Shown here in pieces: positions 13,126 to 24,547 of a DNA stretch of 64,000 nt. The notes beneath the pieces are model-generated. The model searched no databases. It saw only the letters and a list, made by a program, of their open reading frames with translations, and was not told the origin of the DNA. The first letter of the stretch is position 1; each line of letters opens with the position of its first letter. Source of the DNA: Octopus bimaculoides (Eukaryota); NCBI RefSeq assembly GCF_001194135.2, contig NC_068981.1, forward strand, positions 160,949,125 through 161,013,124, written 5' to 3'. Position numbers and translations under genes: made by a program.

Positions 13126-13244
13126 GTAAGTTTTTCTCTTTTTGTTTTTGTTTTTTATTCTCTCTGTTTTTCATTGTGCAGATTCTGTATTTATTCTAGA
13201 TCATTCTCTTAGCTGACACTATGAAATATTTTTTTCAAAAATAG

Positions 13245-13369
13245 ATTCTTTCAGAAGTTGGATGACTTCAACACAGCCATTGAGTTTTTGGTCGTGTCTG
13301 GTTGTAATGATGAAGCTTTCCAAATTGCTCAGATGCATGATGCTATGGAAATCTATGCCAGGATTATTG
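13245..13369 (+). CDS. WDR19: WDR19 exon ([42 protein letters not shown])
   Basis: aaatag acceptor after a 119-nt intron, G|gtaag donor; 125 nt. Confidence 0.96.
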
Positions 13370-14494
13370 GTAAGTTAAATAATTTTATGACCTTGCTTTG
13401 AATTGAGGTATTGTTACTTTTCTTCCATTTCTATTTTTAAATAGCAAGAAATATTGTTTTATAATTTTGAACAAATTAATAAAAAAAGAAGCTTGAATTT
13501 TGATAACAATTATCTGTTTTACCATCATAGAAAAATGGATGTAAATCATCACAAAAAGAGTTGGAAAGACAACTTGACAAGTTAATGAGATAGTTTTTAT
13601 GCAATCACCCAGTCTGCTATAATTAAAAGCTATCTCTCCCTTAATTCACACTCAACGAAATTAGAAAAGGACATTCATATTGGACAGTTTAGTTTTAGAT
13701 ACACTATTGTCTGTAAATAGATGGGGTAGTCATACCTGGCACTCCTTTATCAGTAGATCTGCATGATCAAGGCAGTCCTAGGTTAAGTAACAACAACAAC
13801 ACACACAAACCAATGAAGGAATCTGTGTGGCCACTGGACCTGTCAGAAACAATTGCTTGACTACTGTAAAATAATGCATTTCTGAATTTAAAGACAAATA
13901 ATACATTTGATAATGTAGTCCTAGATATGCTGTTGCCATTTTCACTGTTGCTGTCACTTAATGTCCATTTTCATGCTGGTATGAACTGTCATTCAACACA
14001 AACAGCAACAGAGATAACCTGCCAATTTTGTTTTAATTTAATGGTTTTTACAGTATGAATTGGGTGCATTTTATCATGCCCCTAACACTAGAGTGGTTGT
14101 TTGCAACCAGATGAAAGAATAATTTCTATCCTGTATCAGTTCTTATTTTGAGTTACTGCTTTTCCTAGACAGGTAGACTGTAATTCAATTTTGCAGAGAT
14201 TAAGCCTCCATGAATAAAATATGGGATGGTTGTGGAGGTGGGGGAAGATATGTTTGATCATAATTTTTCTCAACTATGGATCACTTGTGGCAGATGTCCC
14301 CAGGTGAGAAGTGGGCTGGTCCACTACTAATAAATAGTGGACTGACACAGTCAGTAATGTCAGTCAGCAAGGTACGCTGTTCGGGCCAGTCCCGCAGAGA
14401 CGACGAAATATGCCGTCATAATGCAGGACATAACAATATAACAACAATGTTAATATCACTGTCAAAAGTCTGAAAATAATATTTTTGTTTCTAG

Positions 14495-14604
14495 GTAATG
14501 ATGCTTCTCCAGAGATCTATCATAATGTTGCTGTTTATTTTGCTGGAGAACAGAACCATTTATGGGCTGGCAAGTTCTTTCTTCTTAGTCAACATTATGA
14601 TCAG
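14495..14604 (+). CDS. WDR19: WDR19 exon (NDASPEIYHNVAVYFAGEQNHLWAGKFFLLSQHYDQ)
   Basis: tttctag acceptor, CAG|gttag donor; 110 nt. Confidence 0.95.
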
Positions 14605-14926
14605 GTTAGTTATTTTTTTGTTTTAAATCTCTAACAGTGTTATTCAAACTTATTTCAGCACGAGATATTTCCAGTTACTTTCAATGTTTCAGTATCCAAT
14701 GTATGTATGTGTGTGTGTGTGAATATGTGTGTATGCACATGTATGTATGTGCTAGCATGTGTGATAATGTGTGTTCAATTGAAAATCAATTTTGTTTTTC
14801 ATATTTCAAATTTTGGTCAAACTCCAACCCGAAATCAATATTTGCATTGCAAATTTTGAAGACACTAGAACTGAAGGTGAAAACATTTTCAGATTTTATT
14901 GTTGCATCATAATCAATGATGTAATG

Positions 14927-14930
14927 TATG

Positions 14931-14993
<63 letters not shown>

Positions 14994-15015
14994 ATATATA
15001 TATATATATATATAT
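14927..15015. repeat. (TATC)n(TA)n microsatellite
   Basis: Directly visible. Confidence 0.95.
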
Positions 15016-15801
15016 CAGAGGCAACTCCAGGTCATCAGCATCACTCGGGCTCATCACAGATTTTGCATAAGACACATACCTGCTCGAAGAATTTCATATT
15101 TTTCCGCTTTATTCCTAGCCCCAAATGGCTTATTTTTATATCTAGCGTTATGTATTTCTCCATTTCTAAGTTAAGGATAAAAATAAAGCAACCCTGCAAA
15201 ACACAATTCATCTTTACACACAGACGCACAGAATAACAGCAATCAAATAACAACAGCAGAGTGCACAACAAACACCAGCAATCTGACTGTTGCCTGTACT
15301 CTTGACAAGAGATGCCAGTTAGTCTTTTATACCTACCAGGCTTGTTCATATTAGCTCAAGTTGCTGGATAATTTTTCATTCCTTTAAGAATATTGTAGAA
15401 CAGAAACTTTTCATAGATTGGAATTTAAATCCTAATCTCTAGAGAAATATATTGCTTCAAGAAAACACTGAATTTGAATTACTTTTAATTTTTACGATTA
15501 TAGATAACAATGTGGGCTGTAACTTCTGAGCCCGAGTCAGGCGCGTGTGAGCGATGTCGAGAGAATGTCTGCTATGAATGATATTTTTTGACACAGGCAC
15601 TTCTAAGATGACTGCCAGACACTGAATAAAAATAAATGAACTGTGACCAGGCTCAATAAAAGGAGCCCGAGTTATTGGCTGAAATTACATACACTGAAGT
15701 CAGTGTTGGCAGAAATTAAATCAGCTTGCAAATACACGTTCACTTTACTAAATTTATACTTGGGAAAATCCCGAACAGCCTGAGTGGTAGAGTCACCACT
15801 G
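15016..15801. mobile_element. possible old hAT-like non-autonomous element
   Basis: Imperfect TIR CAGAGGCAACTC / CAGTGGTGACTC (reverse complement); internal inverted motif ACTCGGGCTCA (15043) / TGAGCCCGAGT (15527) and AGCCCGAGT (15664); no TSD seen. Confidence 0.3.
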
Positions 15802-15806
15802 ATTAC

Positions 15807-15973
15807 AGGTGCAGGTGTGGCTGTGTGGTGAGAAGCTTGATTCCCAACCACATGGTTCTGGGTTCAGTCCCACTACGTGGCACCTTGGGCAAGTGTCTTC
15901 TACTATAGCCTCAGGCCGACCAAAGCCTTGTGAGTGAATTTGGTAGATGGAAACTGAAAGAAGCCCATTGTGT

Positions 15974-16035
<62 letters not shown>

Positions 16036-16256
16036 GTGTTTGTGTCTGTATTTGTTCCTCCACCATCGCTTGATAACCGATGTTGCTATGTTCACGTCCC
16101 TGTAACTTAGTGGTTCAGCAAAAGCGACCAATAGAATAAATACCAGGCTTACAAAGAATAAGTCCTGGAGGTGATTTGTTCAACTAAAGGCAGTGCTCTA
16201 GCATGGCTGCAGTCAAATGACTGAAGCAAGTAAAAGAATAAAAAAAATGAAAGAAT
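15807..16256 (+). mobile_element. CORE-like tRNA SINE with internal microsatellite (family A), full length
   Basis: tRNA head, then GTGGCACCTTGGGCAAGTG (CORE-like), then (TG)n(TA)n, then body ending gtcaaatgactgaa.caagtaaaagaata. About 20 copies or fragments in the window, e.g. 3746-4050 -, 6740-7035 -, 7780-8135 -, 8430-8875 -, 27685-28100 +, 38290-38645 -, 62432-62830 +. Confidence 0.85.
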
Positions 16257-17097
16257 ATATATATATATATACTTTATTTAAAAGCAACAGAAATAAAACA
16301 AAAGCTGTTACTCAGAGTTTCACATTCCCATTCGTCAGACAGTTTTGTTAGGGAAGGAAAGAAAGGTAGTTTTATGTTTCAAACAAAGCTCTTTGTCAGT
16401 AACAAGAGATGGAAGAAAGTCCAGGATAAAAGGAAGACAGAGGAAAAAAATCACTAATGATCCACTAGTCTCTCGTGGTCAAAGAAGGACAGTTCTGCAA
16501 GTCCTTGCTGAACAACCTGCACAAATAATTACAGACACACACATGCACAAGCACACATACACATGCACAGACACACACACGCATGCACAAGCACACACAC
16601 ACGCATGCACAAGCACACACACACAATAAACATATATATATATATAACACACATATATATATAATATATATATAAAACACATACATATACACACATACAT
16701 ATANNNNNNNNNNNNNNNNNNNNNNNNNNNNNNNNNNNNNNNNNNNNNNNNNNNNNNNNNNNNNNNNNNNNNNNNNNNNNNNNNNNNNNNNNNNNNNNNN
16801 NNNNNNNNNNNNNNNNNNNNNNNNNNNNNNNNNNNNNNNNNNNNNNNNNNNNNNNNNNNNNNNNNNNNNNNNNNNNNNNNNNNNNNNNNNNNNNNNNNNN
16901 NNNNNNNNNNNNNNNNNNNNNNNNNNNNNNNNNNNNNNNNNNNNNNNNNNNNNNNNNNNNNNNNNNNNNNNNNNNNNNNNNNNNNNNNNNNNNNNNNNNN
17001 NNNNNNNNNNNNNNNNNNNNNNNNNNNNNNNNNNNNNNNNNNNNNNNNNNNNNNNNNNNNNNNNNNNNNNNNNNNNNNNNNNNNNNNNNNNNNNNNN

Positions 17098-17142
<45 letters not shown>

Positions 17143-17350
17143 TATATTGCATATCTTTATAAAGGTTATATTCTTGTGTACATTATAATTACAGATTGTA
17201 TTATATTACATTAATCTTATAAATGCTCCTCCTCTTTTTCTTCTTTTCATATTTACTCAGGTACATTTATATATAAAAATAGTAAAAATTGATTAGAAAT
17301 TTACCTTTATCAATTTAAATATATATAAATAATAAACATTTTCATTTTAG

Positions 17351-17494
17351 GCATTGCGTCATCTGTTAATGTGTAAAGGTGAGGACCGGGAGGCAATTGA
17401 TTTAGCCATCAAGACTGTGAAAGAAGCAAATGATATTGAACTAACCAAACAATTATCTAATTACCTACTTGGTGATACAGATGGCTTACCAAAG
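17351..17494 (+). CDS. WDR19: WDR19 exon (ALRHLLMCKGEDREAIDLAIKTV...LLGDTDGLPK)
   Basis: ttttag acceptor, AAG|gtcag donor; 144 nt, symmetric phase 0-0. Confidence 0.96.
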
Positions 17495-17612
17495 GTCAGT
17501 TCACTCTTCTATTTCCTCATTTGGTACACATTTACAGTATATAACTAGAGTGTTATCTGTAATATAGCTAACTTAAAACCTCAATTTCTAGGCAAACTGT
17601 ATGTATATTTTC

Positions 17613-18021
17613 ACTTTTTTTTATTTGTTTCACTTATTGGACTGTGGCCATGCTGGAGTACTGTCTTTTAGTTGAGCAAATTGAGCCCAGTACTTCTTCC
17701 TTTTTTTAAAGCCTGGTACTTATTCTATTCGCCTCTTTTGCTGAACCAATAAGTTACAGGGATGTAAACAAACCAACACCAGATATCCAGTGGGGGAACT
17801 GGAACAAACGAAACATACACACATGCATGCATGCATGCACACACAAACATGCATACACATGGTGAGCTCTTTCACAGTTTCTGTCTACTAAATTCACTCA
17901 TAATTTGGTCAGCCAGCGTCTATCATAAAAGACACTTACCCAAAGTGTTGTATAGTGGAACTGAACCTGAAACCACATGGTTGCAAAGTTAACTTCTTAA
18001 CCACACAACCATGTCTGTGCT
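17613..18021 (-). mobile_element. family A SINE, inverted relative to 15807-16256
   Basis: Reverse complement of the same head, microsatellite and body layout. Confidence 0.8.
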
Positions 18022-18658
18022 TAAGGAGACTTGTTATATGGAACAGGCAAAGATAAAAAGTTTATATAATTTTCTGAGAAAAAAGTCTTCAAAAGAGCCA
18101 AGTTTACCTCCTGATTTCTGAAACCTCAGATGTAACCACTGAACTTAACTGACTTAGAGTTGGCATACAGTTTGTCTTTTATTTGATATTTGAAGTGAAA
18201 CTCATTGTTATGTTGAAGAGGACACATGACTACATAAACGCTCTTTCATTTTTCTGTTTAAACTCTGTTGTCTTTTAGCTCCAAGTCAGCAATCTATCCA
18301 TGGCCCCTTTGTCTTGTTTTGTTTTTTCAGATATGTGTAGTACAACATATTGAATGTGTCTTTTTCTATTTTTTCTTTTTTGTTTTGCAATGATGAGACA
18401 GTAGGATATGATTTGTGAGAGATTACAATGCTATTCCTAGTTTGTTGCAAGGCCACATTTGCTTGCTTAAACATTGAATGTTAGGTGTTGAAGAGAGGAT
18501 GTTGAAGCTTTCAGGTGGTATCAGAAGACATGCATTGCCTATGGCCATAATGTTAAGCTTGTAATTATGTGAAGCCTGCAGAAATATTATTAACTGCTGA
18601 ATATCAATAAAAAAGTTTATGGTTGTTCTCTCTATCAATGTTATTGTATTTATTCTAG

Positions 18659-18755
18659 GATGCTAAATATCTGTTTCGTTTACATATGGCACTGAGTCAA
18701 TACAAGGAGGCTGCAAGTATTGCAATTATCATATCCAAGGAGGAACAGAACAGTG
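18659..18755 (+). CDS. WDR19: WDR19 exon ([33 protein letters not shown])
   Basis: ttctag acceptor, G|gtttg donor; 97 nt. Confidence 0.96.
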
Positions 18756-19015
18756 GTTTGTTTCTCTCTTTCTGTTACTATCAACTCATTGAAACCTATC
18801 TTCTGTATTTTCTCATGCATAAGTTGCTTTATTTTATACTTAATTTTGGATGAAAAAACCAGTATGTGACTTATACACAGGGAAAAACCAAAACTGTGAA
18901 GAGGAAAAATTTTGTACCAAGATTTAACACTAAATTAGGGGTGTGATTTATATGCAAGTGCAACTTATACATGAATAAATATGATGCTTACCTTAGATCT
19001 ACTTAGCCAAACCTA

Positions 19016-20392
19016 TTAGGTTGTCAAGAAAGTTCTTACGGTTTTTAACCTTTAAATTCAGATGCACATATCTTGGCTCAAACAAAACTTTATTAATCGA
19101 AATAAACACCATCGGAATCAACACACTTTTGCCAATGCAAAACAAGTTTATTTATGCCAGTAGAGTAAAAATCCTGCGTTCTGGTGGTGATGAACTCGTT
19201 GAAGGCATGTTTGGCATCGTCTTGGTTTTTGAAGCATTTCTCACGCAGGAAGTTGTCAAGATGCTTGAAAAAGTGGTAGTCGGTAGGTGAGAGGTCTGGT
19301 GAGTATTGGTGGATGAGGCAGAGTTTCATAGCCAAATTCGTTCAACTTCTGCAGGGTCAGTTGTGAGATGTGTGGCCGAGCATTGTTGTGGAGAAGAATT
19401 GGTCCTTTTCTATTGACCAATGCTGGCTGTTGTTGTTGGAGTTTCTTATGCATTTCATCCATTTGCTGACAGTACTTCTCNNNNNNNNNNTTCTTATGCA
19501 TTTCATCCATTTGCTGACAGTACTTCTCTGCCGTAATGGTTTCGCCTGGATCCAAAAAGCTGTGATGGATGAGACCGGCCACAGACCAACAAACAGTAAC
19601 CATGACCTTCTTTTGGTGCAATTTTGGCTTCGGGAAGTGCTGTGGAGCTTTGTTGGCATCCAACCACTGAGCTGAGCATTGTCGTACAGAATCCACTTTT
19701 CATCACAAGTCACAATTCGAGAAACGGGTGGTTCTTGTTGTGTAAAAGAAAGGAAGACGACACTTCAAAACGGCATTTTTTTTGGTTGTTGTTCAATTCA
19801 TGCGGTACCCATTTCTCGAGTATTTTTGCTTTTCCAATCTCTTTCAAGTGGTTGGAAATTGTCGTATACATTACGTCTAATTCAGAAGCAAGCTCTCGAA
19901 CAGTCGTGCGTGGATTGGCTTCGACTAAGACTCTTAGTTGATCGTTGTCAACATCTGATAGCCAACCACTACGCTTATCCTCTTCAAGACTCTCGTCACC
20001 GCTACGAAATTTCTTGAACCACCATTGTGCTGTACGTTCATTAGTGGTTCCTGGGCCAAATGCATCATTGATANNNNNNNNNNTGTACGTTCATTAGTGG
20101 TTCCTGGGCCAAATGCATCATTGATATTGTGAGCTGTTTCAGCAGCTTTTCGGCCTAGCTTGAACTGGAATAAGAAAATTGTGTGAATTTGTTTTTTGTC
20201 CATGTTGTATTCAATGTTCTGGAAAAAATGGCCTAAGTATTCAAAAAGAAAAAGAGTAACATGATTAGATAGAGTGAAAAATGGGCTTTAAAATGATATA
20301 TAAAGTCAAAGTAATTTAACGAAAATTAATTTGGAAATACATCATTTAAAACCAAAATTAAAAATTCCGCAAGAACTTTCTTGACAACCTAA
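19016..20392 (-). mobile_element. mariner (DD34D) transposon, full length, inactive
   Basis: 26-bp TIRs TTAGGTTGTCAAGAAAGTTCTT(A/G)CGG with TA at 19014-15 and 20393-94; MDKKQI...KLGRKAAET, TCDEKW, LHNNARPH (catalytic D to N), YSPDLSPTDY; frameshifts and two 10-N gaps. Confidence 0.95.
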
Positions 20393-21539
20393 TACTTATC
20401 TACTATCCTATTTAAAACTCACTCAGACCCAATATCACAGTTGTTGATTATAATTACATGGAAGAAAGTTGGTGGATTTGTGTAGAGATTTGAAAGGCTT
20501 TTGTTGCATGTGTGTGCAGAATGGAGTTGGAAGCTGATGTGGTGACCTTATCTGTAGTTATAGCGTGTTCATTGCCAGAGCAGCTGTCTGGCTTCCGTGC
20601 TAGTGGCCCGTAAATAGCACCTGCCAGAGCAGCTGTCTGGCTTCCGTGCTAGTGGCCTGTAAATAGCACCATAAGAGCGCAATTGTTACCAGTGTTGCCG
20701 TCTAGCACTTGTGCTGGTGGCATGTTAGAAAATCATTCGAGTGAGGTTGTTGCCAGTGCCACTGGACTGGCTCCCGTGCAGGTGGCATTTAAAAAACACC
20801 TTTTTGAGTGTGGCCGTTGCTAGTACCGTATGACTGGCCCTCGTGCCAATGGCACGTAAAAACACCCACTACACTCTCGGAATGGTTGGCGTTAGGAAGG
20901 GCATCCAGCTGTAGAAACTCTGCCAGATCAGATTGGAGCCTGGTGCAGCCTTCTGGCTTGCCAGTCCTCAGTCAAATCGTCCAACCCATGCTAGCATGGA
21001 AAGCAGACGTTAAACGATGATGATGATGATGATGATGATGATAGAGTCCTCTTGGTTGAGGAGAGGTCATTTGTTGAATTTTGCCATTTGGCAAAGAACT
21101 GGAAAGTTGAATAGTAATTTTGATGTTAAATAAGATTATTGTTCGTTTTTGAAATGAAAGTATCTCTTCATTTTTTGATGTTGAAAGTGTAGACAAAGAG
21201 AGGTATTTTCTGAGGGCTACCTAGAGAAGTAGGAATGCTGAGAGGAAGACTGAGAGTGACATGGACTGTACACATCTTACTACTTCAAAGGGGTTTGTAC
21301 TGTTGTAGTAAAGGCAAAAGTGACATAGGTGGGATACCCCATTGGTAAGCTGGAAGACATTATACTGGTGAGTGAAGATAAGATAACCAGTTAGATAGTT
21401 ATTTCTTTGGAAAAGTGTGTTTGTGTGTGTATTAGTAGCACTGTCTATCTAAGTCACTGAGTACACTGTTCTCCTGTTTTTGACTTATGAAAAAATGTTT
21501 ATATGTTATCATTGAGTCTTTATTTTACTGTTACCCTAG

Positions 21540-21664
21540 GTAATTACCGTCATGCCCATGATGTATTGTTTGCAATGTATCAAGAATTAAAAGAAAACAA
21601 GATGAAGATACCTGCTGAAATGTCCACCAATTTGATGATATTACACAGTTATTTATTAGTGAAG
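21540..21664 (+). CDS. WDR19: WDR19 exon ([41 protein letters not shown])
   Basis: ccctag acceptor, AAG|gtaag donor; 125 nt. Confidence 0.97.
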
Positions 21665-23313
21665 GTAAGATGTCTGTGAAGATGTGTGGCCTAGTGATTA
21701 GGGTGTTATACTCATGATTGAAAGATCATGGTTTCAATTCCTGGACTGGATGGTGCATTGTGTTCTTGAGCAAAATACTTCATTTCATGTTGCTTCAGTC
21801 CACTCAGCTGTAAATGAGTTCCAGCAATTGCTGGGAAGTTAATCCAACGATGGATTGACATCCCATTCAGTGGTGAATGAAATGCTATGAATGATGATGA
21901 GGGACATACTAACAATGACAGTGATGGTGGTGCGGTTACTGCTGCTGCTGCTGTTATACCAGCTGAATCTTTCTCAAGTTACACTACCTTCTTATAAGAA
22001 AACAAAATGAAAGCAACACACTCGATAATGTAGTCTAGGATGCATAATGCCTGAAGAAAAAAAATAAAAAAGATAGGCACAGGCATGTTTTTAATAATAT
22101 TCCCCTATGTTTTTCATGGTGGATTGGAAACAAACAACATTGCTTATGATGTCAAAACAAAGGTACTCAAGAGTACACACACACACACACACACACACAC
22201 ATAACAGGCTTCTTCAGTTTCTGTCTACGAAATTCACTCTCAAGGCGTTAGTAGATCTGGAGCTATAGTAGAAGACATTTCGTTAAGGTATTGTACAGTA
22301 GGACTGAACCTTAGATCACCTGGTTAGGGAACCAGTTTCTCGACTACATCTATACCTTCATCTATACCTCTTCCAGTCTGAATAAAATTCAGTATTTTAT
22401 TGTTCTATTTATTTCCTCTTATATGGATCCATGAGTCATGTTTTTTCTTTAACTTTTCCTAGTTTGCACTTCAAAAAGATCTTGGGTGCTGTTTGTTCTC
22501 TTTAAGCAGGTTATAAAAGAAAAATCAAAAGATGGATGGATGAGAACATGAATTTTTTTTATTATTGTTTTTCAATTTTCCATGCTTGACTGAACAGGAT
22601 AGTTTCTGTTTTGTATCAATACTTTTTACAGCTGTATACCTTTCCTAATTCCAACAACTCTACTATGAAGTAAGGATGAAACTCAACTCTTTGAACCTGT
22701 GGGTATGCTTTAACAGGTGTTATTTCATTTAACTATACCCCTGGAAGTTGCAAAAATAATCAGCCATATGGTTTTGCATTTATAACCCACTAATTGGCAG
22801 AAACATCATTATTTTCAGCTGTAAACACAGAATTATGCAGCCACCTGCATTTTCCAGTGGTATTGTCAAATGAAATCATATACATTAAAACATGCTCATC
22901 GGTTCAAAGGGTTATAATTTGTTTTGTAAACAGAGTTAAGTGCTTTGCTCAAGACATGATACATTGACAGTTGTAAGATCTAATTTTATTAGATATTTAT
23001 CACCTTAACCTCACTGCTGTTGAACCAGGTAATTCTAGGTGTAATCCAAAGTAAGAAAGTTTGCATACCACAGCTTTTGTTAAAATCTTTACTTATATCA
23101 GAATAGGCTTGCTTGTCTTGAATTTGTAATGTATATAGCCATTTGTGTGACACATTGACACATAGAAAAGGACACCTGTAGCTATAGATATTTTCAGAAA
23201 CTTTTATTGGTAGAAAGTGGGGAGAGAGACAGAAAAAGAATGTTTGAAGCATCTTTTTCTAACTTCCTGTTCTAAATTCTACACCCATTTTAGAGATTTT
23301 TTCTCTCTTTCAG

Positions 23314-23395
23314 ATGTGTATTAAATTAAAGGAAACTGTAAGAGCTGCAAGGTTACTGGTGCGTGTTGCCAATAATATCAGCAAGTTCCCTTCAC
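23314..23395 (+). CDS. WDR19: WDR19 exon (MCIKLKETVRAARLLVRVANNISKFPS)
   Basis: ctttcag acceptor, C|gtaag donor; 82 nt. Confidence 0.96.
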
Positions 23396-23779
23396 GTAAG
23401 TTATAATCTGGTATCATTTCAATATAATCTTGGTTCTTCAGAATTTCTGTTATTGAGTAAACTTACACAAGAATGATATGTTGTAACTTAATTGTGTATA
23501 TATAAATATTTGTGTAAAGATGTGGACATATTTTTCTTTTACTGGTTTCAGCCATGCTAGGGCACCAACTTCAAGGGTTTAGTCAATCATATCAACTCCA
23601 TAACTTAAATTTGGCGCTTACTTTATCCATTTCTGTTTGTTGACTACAGGACATATAAACAGCACCCCTTTTCAACTGGTATACATGTAAACACTGATAT
23701 GGATAAAGACATACACACATAACTTATACATATAACAAATTCCTGCGTAGTTTCCAGCAACAGCTACAAAATTTCACTC

Positions 23780-24014
23780 AGGCAGCGAGTTGGCAGAATC
23801 GTTAGCACGCCGGGCGAAATGCTTAGCGGTATTTCGTCTGCCTTTACGTTCTGAGTTCAAATTCCGCCGAGGTCGACTTTGCCTTTCATCCTTTCGGGGT
23901 CAATAAATTAAGTACCAGTTACGCACTGGGGTCGATGTAATTGACTTAACCCATTTGTCTGTCCTTGTTTGTCCCCTCTATGTCTAGCCCCTTGTGGGCA
24001 ATAAAGAAATAAGA
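23780..24014 (+). mobile_element. tRNA SINE with GCCTTTCATCC..GGTC.ATAAA.TAAGTACCAG central domain (Meta-domain-like), tail type 1
   Basis: Full copy; reverse copy at 61355-61586; 3'-truncated copy at 1272-1388. Confidence 0.8.
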
Positions 24015-24327
24015 AGACTCTCTGTAATCATTTCTATTGTATTACACCAATAAATGTACTTTGGCAAGTACTGTGAATACTATTTTTTGCTGATGAGGTC
24101 ATAATAAGAGCAAAACATATCTGGAGATGTCTCTTGTTCTTGCTGGAAAAATGATAACAATATCGGTTATTGACTAATATTGTTTTTCCTTCATAGTGTA
24201 GTTATTTCTAGTTTGTTTTATAATGCTCCCTCAAATATGTTAACATAATTATACATTTGTCTCTCATATACATTTATCTATCTCTCTGTTTGTTTCATAG
24301 CATAAATATTTCTAGTTAGCTCATTAA

Positions 24328-24547
24328 CCCTTTCGTTACCAACCCAGCTGAAACCAGCTCTGGCTCTGAGTACAAACGTCTTGTTTTCATAAGTTTTGAA
24401 TTAAAATCTTCCATCAAACCTTAGTCACAATTTATGTTCCTAACACTAGCTGAATGATAACTAAGTTATTTTACTAAATTCTTTGTCATATTTGAAGTAA
24501 TTGAACGAAACACAGAGCATCTCAAAATAATTACAGTACTAAAAGGG
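24328..24547. mobile_element. piggyBac-type MITE
   Basis: TTAA on both sides; ends CCCTTT(c)GTTAC / GTACTAAAAGGG; 220 bp, non-coding. Confidence 0.75.

Noticed and set aside
16704-17097. Hidden WDR19 exon in the N gap
   Set aside because: The flanking exons join in frame (HYDQ|ALRH) and match the contiguous vertebrate sequence, so no exon is needed.
19443-19528. 38-bp direct duplication inside the mariner ORF
   Set aside because: The two copies flank a 10-N gap exactly, as does the duplicate at 20031-20126. This is an unmerged contig overlap, not biology.
20570-20870. CRISPR-like repeat-spacer array
   Set aside because: Units are degenerate and of variable length, are contiguous with a LINE 3' tail and (GAT)n, and recur as dispersed TE ends. 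There are no cas genes and the context is a eukaryotic intron.
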